Shown here piece by piece: positions 26,561 through 37,077 of a stretch of DNA of 64,000 bases (position 1 is the first letter of the stretch; every line of letters begins with the position of its first letter). Under the pieces are notes generated by a model. It did no database searches. It had not been told where the DNA came from and saw nothing but the letters and a program-made list of their open reading frames with translations. Made by a program: the position numbers and the translations under genes. Source of the stretch: Syncephalis fuscata S228 (Eukaryota; Fungi; Zoopagomycota); NCBI GenBank assembly GCA_025786725.1, contig JAHLTZ010000018.1:372001-436000 (forward strand), given 5' to 3'.

Positions 26561-28549
26561 ATGTCTTTTAAAGAGATTAAACAACTTCTTGGAACAGTGC
26601 TATGTACCAGCCAAGGTAAGCTCAGTCCGACAGCAATAGACACTTCTTCTCTCCTCCCATACAATTTCTATCTGCTCTGCGCCTATTGTGACATCTGCAA
26701 GCATCAAAGAGGGAACTATGAGCCGCCTCGTGTCTCACATGCCTCTCTGCTTGTCATTGCTGTCAGGCTGGCGCATCATGAGCCTAAGTGGCTCTTGTCA
26801 TTCTCTCTTTTCTCACCTTCTCGTCTTTTCTCGTTTGCGTACACGTGCCTCACTCGTTTACTCATTCGTTTTGTTTCACCGGCCCCACCTGATGGGGATT
26901 AGCCGCTCCAGTCGTCACAGCTGCTCCAGCCGCTCTAGCGAATACAGTAATCAAAGTCTGGGTCAAGCTCCTTCAAGCTGCACCAAACAGTTCACGCTTT
27001 GCGGAGCTGGACATTGATAAAATCACGAATCCCAATCAAAGCAATGATATTGCCGACCTCCGCAAAACACTTATCACCGATGTTGCTTTCACAAACAAGC
27101 TTGATGGCATAGCCTCGTCCGATCTAAAAGTCTACAACAACAACGAAGATGCTACCAACCAGATAGAGCCTATTGAAGAAGATAGTCCACTTTCAGAGCT
27201 TATTGAGACCGGGAAGGGCGATAGGAAGAGGACGCCATGATTGTTGTAGCGCCACCTCCTTCCAGTAAGTAGTGCAGGCGCGATATTGCCAGGTTACTAG
27301 TTATGAATGTTATCAGCTCTTCTCACACTTTATCCTATTTTTTCTACAGGCAGTCTTTTACTCAAACGAATGGGTGCTTTCTATGACGAGAGATCAGTAC
27401 TTCGCCTTAGACAAGAATATGAACATGTGTACAATTTTACTACTTTAAACAGTAAGTTATTTTGGCTGTTGTTAGTGGTGTGGTCTGTACTGGATGTGAA
27501 TTTGTCTAACCCGCTGGTTTTTTACAGGGCCGCGTCACTTTGAGCACACTAATGAAGTATATCCGGAGTATAACTTCTATATTGAACCCAGACAAGTCCA
27601 GGAATTTGGAGAGAACCTCCTCAAGCGCAGGTTTGTTCTTTACGATGGTCACCGCCAGAGTGGCAAGTCCACCTTTTGCCAGGCAGTGTTGCGGTGGTTT
27701 GCCGAGCATCCGAATAAGTTTCTGGAGATTACTGGTAGCCCCGTGGAAGATTTCGAGGTATACCCCGTAACCTTTGATAGTAACATTGTGATCAACCAAA
27801 CAAGCCAAGTGCAGTGCGTCTATTCTTCGCAGTTTGATGCTGGAAACAATGAGTATGCGAGAAATCGAGCTATCTGAAGGGCCACCGAACGTGGATGAAC
27901 TTGACCCTCGGTGGTTGTTGAAACATATAATTAAGGTGAGTGTTGTATATATAGTATAAAGCTCATTGACAATGGATTGATATTGACATTTGTTTGGTCA
28001 ATGCTTATTTATACAGAACTTGTCTATTCAGCGGCTTTGGGCTAGGCAATCCTTGAACGCTGGCGGATTTCCGTCAGACTATGCGTTTCAAGCCGAGTTT
28101 GGCATTATCCTTAACAGTCTGCTCCCAGAGCGTACTCAGGATTAGGCTACAGAGCCTTCCTGGAAGCCAAGAATCGCGGCCAAGACAATGGAAGACTAGA
28201 CATTCTCGTACATAATGGCCGCAACAGACCTAAATACGGCTTCAAATTGAGGGTTGATGCGACCGAAGCGGTATTTTATGAGCAATGTCGTCGTGCCGAA
28301 AAATACGCCCAAACTTACGGCTGTGCTGCGGTGTATGTAATTAATCTATGTCCCAGCTCCAGTGAACAGCTAGGCTACTTTGGAAGCAATTATGACAAAG
28401 TGGTCCCAGTGGTCGTGGCTATTGATCACGAAGGATATGAAGGTACGATACATTACGACGAGAATAATAATGATAGCATAGAGATTGTACGTCGAAATTG
28501 GGATATTGCATTTAGGGATATCGGACGAGTTAAGTCTAGCTTTTCTTAA
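26561..28549 (+). pseudogene. Crinkler (CRN)-like effector remnant: ubiquitin-like header + P-loop NTPase + PD-(D/E)xK-type nuclease
   Basis: Exon 26561-26615 splices in frame to KVWVKL..DIADLRK..L..SDLKVY..IEEDSPL..IVVAP; Walker A GHRQSGKST at 27647-27673; DYAFQAEF..EAK..RLDILV..YGFKL. Frameshifts are present and most of the NTPase is deleted near 27800. Confidence 0.72.
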
Positions 28550-28823
28550 TAAAGGTATTAAACGAGTTTAGCTTTCAACGCTGTTGCTGAGTTGTTTGGC
28601 AAATACAAATAAAAGTGTATTTAAAGACAGATTCAATTGGTAAAACATTTGATGTTAAAGCTAGAGAAGTTATTAAAAGATTATTGTTTTTATTGAATAA
28701 GGTAATGTTTAGTATTTATAAGAGTACTTGTTAGTTAGATAATGAATAGTCATAGTGTTTAATGGTAATGGCTAACAATAACGACAATATTATTGATCAT
28801 ATGGCACTTGACCATAAAATTAA

Positions 28824-30424
28824 GGGAAATTAGAAAATGGACCGTTTTCAATTTTATTAAACTTATTTAATAAGTAACAATAAGCTGTTTTTAGCTTTAC
28901 TTATTGAAATACACCGTTTAAAAGTTTACCAAATGTCTACCAAAATACTTAAAAAGCTATATTTAACAGTATTGCAAACTGAAGATTGCTGTTGACGAGT
29001 TTAAACTTGTTAACAATTGCAATTTTAAGAGTAAGAATAGTGATTCAACAAGATTACAGCTTATTTGTTCTCATGAATACCGTTCCAGAAATAAATGCCA
29101 ATTTGTTTTGACTGCCAAAAAGCAAAAAACTGGCCTAGTAAAGATTACCTAGTACAATATTAAACATTTGAATGTTGTTCATATAAATCTAATAATAATA
29201 ATATTAAATCTATTACTAATCTATTACAAATGATGTTGCTACATTTCAAATATGAAATTAAAAAATGTACAAGTGAAAGTATTAAGTACATATTTGATTA
29301 TTTAATATACAATACCAATTGTAATATCTCAACAGAAGTTGATATTAACAGCAATATCAATTCTTTTTTATTTATTAAATATTACCTTATCAAATTCAAG
29401 CATTTTAATCCTGGCTCTGTTCAGTACTTTTTGCAGAATCAGTCTGTTAATTTTAAAATGGCATTTTATGTCCTTCATCGTCTATTAAAGCTTACCAGTA
29501 TACTCGTAAAGTACTGGTAATTGACGGTTGCCATCTAAGGTTTTCTTATGGCGCTGTTGCTCTTGATGCAGTTGTTAAAGATGGAAATAACGATATTTTA
29601 CCTTTGGTTGTTGCTATAGTATTTCATAAAATAAAAACAACTGGGTTTATTTTCCTAAACATTTATCAAATTCAATACCTGAATTAAGTATTCACAAGCT
29701 CAAGGATTGTTAACTAATGATATCTATTTGTTGTATAAATCAACATTAACTGACGCCAATAATTATATAATTAACGATTATTCTGATACCAAATTTCAAG
29801 CTAATGATACTAAGTCTGGTATTGACAGAACAGTAGATTTAACTGCAAAAACCTGCACGTGTGGATACTGGGAAGAGATGAAGTTTGTTTGTAGTCATGT
29901 GGCAATAATTTTGAAGGATTGTAGGCTTTCATTAGATGATTTTATTGATAAATCTTACACCATTGATTATTTAAACAAATTATATGCTCCAGCAATTTGC
30001 CTGGTTGAAATGGAATCAATTACTGCAGATGTTTTGTGTTTGCCGCCGAAAATAACAAAGAAAGCCGGTAGACCAAGAGTTAAAAGAATCAGATGTTGTG
30101 GTGAGGCTTTGGAAGCCTCCCAACGATATACTTGTCACAATTGTAGATTAAAAGGACACAATACAAGAACATGCTCTGTAAACACTAGTATTAGTAACAT
30201 TGAAACAAACACTTTATTGAAGAGCAAATACAAACTACTAATGAAACGGCTATTAAGAAAAGAAGACACGTCATTAAAGAATGTTTAATTTGTGATAAAG
30301 TCATTGCAAGAAAACGGTGTGTGGAGCAAATAAATAATAATTTTATTAATAAACAACTTAATAATTTTAAAAAAAGGAATCTATTGTGGTGAAATTTAAA
30401 AGCAGTGTATTTTTCAAAAATTCT
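28824..30424 (+). mobile_element. Degenerate MULE/Mutator DNA transposon
   Basis: MuDR-like (KIAVDEF..SDSTRLQLIC..CQFVLTA), transposase core (VIDGCHL..DGNNDILPLVVAIV), SWIM (VDL..TCTCGYW....VCSH), GRPRVKR, knuckle CHNCRLKGHNTRTC; stops and deletions present; termini approximate. Confidence 0.85.
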
Positions 30425-30644
30425 TATTGTCAATTATCAGTATATATATATGTTGATTGATTAATTGAACAGATATAATAGCAAATAATATTTAGTTACT
30501 TGAAATCCTCAATAATAATTATGATTTAAATAACACTGCTTATTTATAGTTTTGAAATAAGATAATAAGCAAATTAGTATCATTAAATCGGCAAGCACTC
30601 ATTGTAATATAATTTATTAACTAACATATTAACATAAGCTTTTA

Positions 30645-31544
30645 TTATAGTTTATTCTTTATCATGGATTGTGCAATAAAAGCATCCCAGTCAGGACGGC
30701 GTTTTGCTAAAAATTCACCAATACCGTATGCTGCCTCCTCTGAAGTTAACATACGTGTAAACACTTGTTTCACTAACTTGGTTGCTTTATCTTCTTCGAT
30801 GGACGCTGTTGATCCAAAAGTTGCAGGCTCACCGCCACCTATAACAGACACGAGTTGCTTGGCGTCGGCCATAGCCAATGGAGCATTGTTGCGCAATAAA
30901 CTAATATAATGAGCTACTACTGCATCCAAGTCATCTACACTATCGACAGTTTTAGTTAAAAAGCCAGGCCATTCGCGTAGTGCCTCCACTGCAGTAACCA
31001 GGCGTGCCGTCATCATCAGTTCTCGTGATCGTACGGGACCTAGATCCGGAACAATATACCGAGCAATCACCGCGGGCACCAAGCCACGCTCAACTTCTGA
31101 CAAACGAAAATAAACATCTTTTCCGGGCTGATCGACAGCTTTGGCAGGTGACTGCTTCGAGATGGCAATCCGAATATCAGCACAGAAAATGAGGCCAACT
31201 CCACCACCAAGAGCCGGTCCTTGAATACGAGCAATAACTGGCTTTGGACAATGCCGTATCGCATCAAACATCTCCAGCGCGCCAACCACCGGATCTTTGG
31301 CTGCTTTAGAGCTTTCCGGTTCGCTGTTGGCTTGTGCCAGGTCCATACCAGTGCAAAAATACTGACCTGCTCCGGTAAGTATTGCTACGCGAACGACAGG
31401 GTCGGAGGCAAGCTTACGAAAGGCATGCGTTAGCTCATCTCTCATACGAGGTGAAATGGCATTGGCTCTCTTGGGCCTGTTTAGCGTTACAGTAGCCACG
31501 CCGTTTGCTACTGTGTAGATAATATCGTGATATACGATGTCCAT
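30645..31544 (-). CDS. Enoyl-CoA hydratase/crotonase, methylglutaconyl/isohexenylglutaconyl-CoA hydratase-like, intronless
   Basis: VATVTLNRPKRANA, FCTGMDL, PKPVIARIQGPALGGGVGL, FRLSEVERGLVP, EAAYGIGEFLAKRRPDW; likely start MDIVY; ends NKL (PTS1-like). Confidence 0.9.
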   Translation of the reverse strand: MDIVYHDIIYTVANGVATVTLNRPKRANAISPRMRDELTHAFRKLASDPVVRVAILTGAGQYFCTGMDLAQANSEPESSKAAKDPVVGALEMFDAIRHCPKPVIARIQGPALGGGVGLIFCADIRIAISKQSPAKAVDQPGKDVYFRLSEVERGLVPAVIARYIVPDLGPVRSRELMMTARLVTAVEALREWPGFLTKTVDSVDDLDAVVAHYISLLRNNAPLAMADAKQLVSVIGGGEPATFGSTASIEEDKATKLVKQVFTRMLTSEEAAYGIGEFLAKRRPDWDAFIAQSMIKNKL

Positions 31545-31812
31545 TGTTGTGAGAACGCCAATTGCGTATGCATGCAAATGAAATACTAAATACGTGCACG
31601 TGCAGATGAAAACGCTAATAGTTGTGCGTGTGTGTAAAGGAGAATAAGCCACAACTATTGCTCTACTTCTTTCTACTTTCTACTATTTAGTATATACATC
31701 TTTACACCTGCCTATTGTTTATTTATTCTTATAATCTACACTATTTATTACTTTTAGTATATATATATATACTTGTCTACTTGTCTATTTGTTTTATTAA
31801 CCAGTCATCATC

Positions 31813-32151
31813 ATGAAGGTTTCTATTGCTGTTGTCTGTGCTCTTGTTGTAGTGTTTGTAGTCAACACGGCTACAGTGGATGCCAAACGTCATTTGCTTC
31901 GTCGAGCTGATGCTACATCGACGGGCAAAAAGGAATGTGTTGGTAAAAATAGTGATGGCACTCTTAGTCAATGTCCTCGGTTCAAGATGAGTTCTAATTG
32001 TCGTCTTGTTTACGATAAACCCGATGGTTTATATCCTGAATGCTGTCCCCGTGTTACTTGTCATGCTGAGGCTCATGCTGAAGCTCACGATGAAGCTCAT
32101 GCCGAAGCTCATGCCAAACAGCAGAAAGAGGCTGATCAACCAAAGCCGTAG
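31813..32151 (+). CDS. Secreted 6-Cys peptide, SVWC-like family copy 2, with a His-Ala-Glu-Ala repeat tail
   Basis: Signal peptide, LLRR, C-x11-CP-x6-C-x10-YPECCP-x3-C, then HAEA-type repeats. Confidence 0.87.
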   Translation: MKVSIAVVCALVVVFVVNTATVDAKRHLLRRADATSTGKKECVGKNSDGTLSQCPRFKMSSNCRLVYDKPDGLYPECCPRVTCHAEAHAEAHDEAHAEAHAKQQKEADQPKP

Positions 32152-32668
32152 TTGATTTTAAGTCACATTACCAATACAATCCAAGTATATTTAATGGAAA
32201 CAGACATATTAGCAATTATGACCTTTAATCTGCTTGCATAACAAATTTCAATTACTTTATAGATTTGTTTTACCAATTAATCTATAGTATTACTGCTTAG
32301 ATAATACAGTTGTATTTCATTTTTGTTTATAAGTCAATCAGTTGTATGGCAAATAAATATACTGTATTTACCATTTAATTTTACATATTGCATATCATTA
32401 TTGCCATTTATCAATATATGATAGTTGAATAGATACAATAATAAGCAATAGTAACTATAATTTAACTGACATTTTATTTATTTATTTAATAATTTTGGAA
32501 TAAAATGATAAACAAGTTTGGTATTATATGAAACAACCACGCTTACTCACTTCTAACTATGCAATCTCTATAAAAGATTGTTCAATAACCTGAAAACAAA
32601 GAACATACTGTGGTATGATTTATTAAACAGCATATTAAACTGAATTATCACTATTAAATGCTTAACAA

Positions 32669-32770
32669 TTATTGTAGTTTATTCTTATTATCGTTGCCTC
32701 TCTTGGGCCTATTAAGCATAGTAGTGGACATACCCTTTGCTATTGTGTAAAGCGAACATTGTAATACATG
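32669..32770 (-). pseudogene. Internally deleted copy of the enoyl-CoA hydratase gene
   Basis: YTIAKGMSTTMLNRPKRG (cf. YTVANGVATVTLNRPKRA) joins almost directly to KNKL, the hydratase C-terminus; flanks align with 30470-30660 and 31450-31812. Confidence 0.8.
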
Positions 32771-33025
32771 CGGCCCTTTGCTATGCAAAAATAGCTGCAT
32801 AAGCGTGCGAATAAGAATGCCAGTTATGTATGTTTGCAAAGAAAAAGGGGCCACAACCATTGCTCTATGCCTTTCTACCTTTGACTGTTTAGTATAAATA
32901 GCTTTACATTTTCCTGCATGTTTATCTGTTTTATTAACTTACATTCTACTTTCTTCTTTCTACTGCATATTGCATCTGTTTGCACTCGTTTGTTTGTTTG
33001 CCCGTTTTATTAGCCAGTCATCACC

Positions 33026-33313
33026 ATGAAGATTTATATCGCTGTCGTCTGTGCTCTTGCTATGGTACTTGTAGCCAGTACGGCTATGGTGGATGCCAAC
33101 TCTCGTCTACTCCGTCGGGCGACTGCTACATATGCGGGAAAGAAGCAATGTATTAGTAAGGATAGTAATGGTGGTGTTCTTGGCTGTCCTATGTATAAGC
33201 TAAAGGCTGGATGCTACATGACTTCTGGCAATCCCGATGCTGAATATCCTGATTGCTGCCCTCAGCCTGTTTGTCCTAAATCCTACGAGGAACAACAGGA
33301 AGAAACGGATTAA
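33026..33313 (+). CDS. Secreted 6-Cys peptide, SVWC-like family copy 3
   Basis: Signal peptide, LLRR, C-x11-CP-x6-C-x10-YPDCCP-x3-C, acidic tail; 3' flank homologous to copy 2. Confidence 0.87.
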   Translation: MKIYIAVVCALAMVLVASTAMVDANSRLLRRATATYAGKKQCISKDSNGGVLGCPMYKLKAGCYMTSGNPDAEYPDCCPQPVCPKSYEEQQEETD

Positions 33314-33603
33314 TCAACATCAAAGTTGTCTTCCAAGTTACATCACAATACAGTCTACATATATCCGATGGAAACAATATGCAATAGTAACTACAACCTT
33401 TAATCTGCTTGCATAACATATTTAGTCTAATTTCCATATCTATTCACCAATTAATCTACGGTATTATTGTCTAGACAATGCAATTGTAGTTTAATTGCTC
33501 ATTAAATCAATCAATTGTACAATAATAAATACAAATTATTTATTATTTACTCTACTTTATATCATAATCATTATATTTTATTAATTTCATTCAATTTATA
33601 ATA

Positions 33604-34432
33604 TTAATAAAAGACGCAATCTTCTGGATATACATGATGATCCAGCGGTATCATTGATTCTTTCTTAACATCTCGTTTAAGCGATTTTCGCATATCTATT
33701 ACCAATTATTGCATTAACAACATTATATAACTATATAACTATATATATTGAATATTACATACCAAAAGCATCTTCATCGGGACTATCAATCCCACTGTAG
33801 TATTTAAGTACTCGGCGATAAACTATATATCCAAATTTCTCGTACATTTTAATTGCTGCCGTATTAGAAACACGTACAAACAGATCAACAAAATAGCCAT
33901 CATACCTAAATAGAAGATACCGTATAAATCAATATTGCTATTATTGCTATTAGATAGAGTACAATACTTACATGTCCTCCGAAATATCCTCCAGAATATC
34001 CATTAAATGACGGGCAAGCCCCACTCGGCGATATTCTGGCGCGACTGTAACTGCCGTAACGTGGCCATGCCATTCCTTGCCACGTCCCTCCGTCTTGCCC
34101 ATAACTAAATCATTGTGTATATATTAGCCACACTTATACAAATACATAGCTCAATAGCCTACTATATCCCTCAATTGTTCCATTCGGTGCCTCGGCCGTG
34201 TAGAATAGATTTGGCCAACGAGCAATGTATTGTAAATAAAATGAAATATTATACTATACTCAATATTAGTTATTGACTATCTCCAACACGTCTACTTACT
34301 GTTTCCGTATAATAGTCAAGATTCCTTAGTCAATAGTAAATTAACATACTCATTCGTTTAAAAGTACAAAACTACCTACACATTGTTAAATTTAAACAAA
34401 TCAGTCGCGCAGAAACGCCGGAGTGTTGTCAT
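33604..34432 (-). CDS. NAT3: NatB N-terminal acetyltransferase catalytic subunit (NAA20)
   Basis: MTTLRRF..DLFKFNNVNLD..TETY, MGKTEG..WHGHVTAVTVAPEYRR, FVDLFVRVSN, DEDAFDMRK. Confidence 0.95.
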
Positions 34433-34548
34433 TGTGGCTTTAATACTAATGAGCTAGACTAATAGGACAAAAAAGAAAGACTGCAAATTTCATTTAATTA
34501 TCTTTACAAAGTCAATGGCATAAAACATTTATTTTTGCTATGAATCAA

Positions 34549-35173
34549 TTAGGCAGTAGATTTTTGCTTGGCCATTTCTGTTTGATAGGCTGTTTGCAAC
34601 TTGATAATCTAGTACAACAGCATTATTATTGTCATTAATGAGCGACATTGTACTAATACAGGCTATTTACCTCTGACTTCTTTTTATCCTGTTTTTCTTG
34701 CAACTCCTTAATATGCTGCTCTACTCGAGTACTAGTATATTGATGTTATGAGCTATATACATGGAATGAATACAATACTTACATTTCTGTTCGAATGTAT
34801 TCGATACGCTTATCGACATTATGCACAGCTTCCTGACGTTCTTGTGGCAATAGCACCGGACCGATCAGCTTATAGATAGCAGCGTCTGGCTTTAACAGAC
34901 CAAATTCCTAAGCATACCAACAGCATGTTATTAATAAAGAATAAAGGACGCATTAAGCAGAATAAGCGTACTTTTTGTACTATTTCGTTTTCAGATAACT
35001 GAGAACCGAGTTGTTGGCGCGAATTCACAGATTGAGCAAGATCTATAATATAGAAAGAGCTGCTGTTAGTAATCACCGCGATCGAACAATCTATTCATAA
35101 GCTATTGCTCATTACCTTGCTGGATCTTTTGAAATGCCGTGGTGGCAGTTTCTAGCTGTGCCTGAAGTGACAT
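34549..35173 (-). CDS. PFDN6: Prefoldin subunit 6 (Yke2/Gim1)
   Basis: RQQLGSQLSENEIVQKEF..IYKLIGPVLLPQE..EA..NVDKRIEYI..EI. Confidence 0.9.
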
Positions 35174-35481
35174 GATGACCAAAGTGCGTAGAACTCAACA
35201 AATAAAGAATGACGTGGTTGTGGTGGGTGGTGGATATGTTAAAATGAATAAATATTTATTAACACTTATTATTACCATTACTATCATCAATTAACTGATT
35301 AACATTTTATATATTAATTAGCTTTGTGGTTTTAATCGTCCATTTATTTCTACTTTAGACTGCTCCGCTTATTCAATCACAATGTCCTCTGTTTATCCAC
35401 TATAAGATAAAAGACTTTGTAGATGTGTTTTGTAAATAAATCCGCCTAGATATCCGGCTATTTTCTCTCTTTTCCAAGTCT

Positions 35482-36458
35482 TTACAAGCACAATCGATAT
35501 GTAAGATAACGACCGGCTGTCTCGCTTGCTCGAACAATTTGAACAACCTAACACGTATATTATCGCATTTAGCTACTGTTTGCTTAATTGTATTCTCTTT
35601 AATTACCTGACCGCGCTTCAAACCATAGTATTTTGCAACTGGATCGGTAATTTGTATACGAGGTAGTTGTGTTTCTTTTAGACGGCTAGTAAACAACAAT
35701 AACAAGTTAAGGTATTATTATGTAATGGTATAATATTACAAAATAAAAGGATACTATCGTTGTAGCAATGTTTGCTTCTCCTCAACCGATAGCACAACGT
35801 GTTTTGGTACCAATTGATGATGTGTAATATTAACCAACAACTCGGCCTCTTGGAACATTTCTACTTCAACCTTTCGACTAGAAGCCGCAAACACCTTAGA
35901 CATCATTGTTAGACTATATCTATTATCTTCAATATTCAATTACCTTTTGTGCAGATGAAGTAATCGTCTTAATGTAAATAACTACACCTCGTCGAATACC
36001 TTGGGTAATCATACGCTCACAGTATCTAATAGTCATTATTATTATTACTAATTAGCTACGCATGTTTATTTACTACACCACTACTTACTTGCGCGCGGTT
36101 TTAATACCAACTGATTTTTCATCAGGGAAAAAGACAGTTAGCTGTTCTGTAGGATCGTCACGCTTCTGTACAAGAAACATCATAGTGGATCGACTAGATA
36201 GCCACTGTATTAGCAATAAACATTAACCAGATATAGTGACCTACTCTACTACATTGTTACGAGCAAATTGCGTACGAAACTGCTCATAATCCATCTCCAT
36301 ATCTGCTTGCGAAACAAGATAGCCCTGATGACGATGCTGGTGTTAGATCGTTGCAGACTATCAATAATAGGCACAGCACTTACCCGATCGTGACATAGCT
36401 GGTGAATTGTACGATACACCTTCCACAAACGCGTAATTTCTTGCTGATCGGCGTCCAT
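35482..36458 (-). CDS. RPB5: RNA polymerases I/II/III shared subunit RPB5
   Basis: [73 protein letters not shown]. Confidence 0.97.
35686..35754 (-). other. U12-type GT-AG intron in RPB5
   Basis: CGATA|GTATCCTTTT..TACCTTAAC..ACTAG|CCGT; U12 donor and branch consensus; restores [16 protein letters not shown]. Confidence 0.92.
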
Positions 36459-37077
36459 TGCAGTAGATAAATAAGCGAATAACGAGCGACCGTGGAAAAG
36501 AGTAAGAATCGGGCGACTAGATGAAATCAGCAAATGACCATAGCGAAGAAGAAACAAAACCTTTTTACTATAGATCACGTGATCTAGTTAAAGGTGTAGT
36601 CAATGGATGTCAAATTTATTATATCGTTATTATTATTTCACTTAATACACTTTGACCCTTTTACACTGTCCAAAAGTGTAATGTGCAAGTGTCAATGTCT
36701 AATTTGGATGATAAAATGGAAATGAGAGAAATACACGAATACGGTTTGCCCGCCTTTTGTCACCGCCACCGTTTGCATAGTCCTCGTCTTTGTGTGCTTG
36801 CAGCGCTTCATCTTGAGTCGCCGTTGTCTACTTGTCGACCTCTATTACTGAAGTACCGACGTTTCCTTATTAGCTCGCCATTCCTTTGACTCTTCTTCCT
36901 CCGCCTCTTCTATCTATCTGTTTGTGTGTGTGTGTTCTATTATATCTGTACTTTTCGCCCACTGGTAAGTTAAGTTGGTCGGGCCGACTCTGTACCAACG
37001 TGACGACACGGCTCCTCCTGTTTCATACCAAAACGCTTACTAATATTGTATTTACCAACACTATTAGCTATTTCGAC

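Noticed and set aside
25810-27017. Cluster of overlapping 60-190 aa ORFs on both strands
   Set aside because: No recognisable motifs; explained by higher GC in the upstream region and first intron of the CRN-like gene.
31545-31652. N-terminal extension of the hydratase ORF as a targeting peptide
   Set aside because: It starts at a non-ATG codon; the ATG at 31544 gives a typical crotonase N-terminus.
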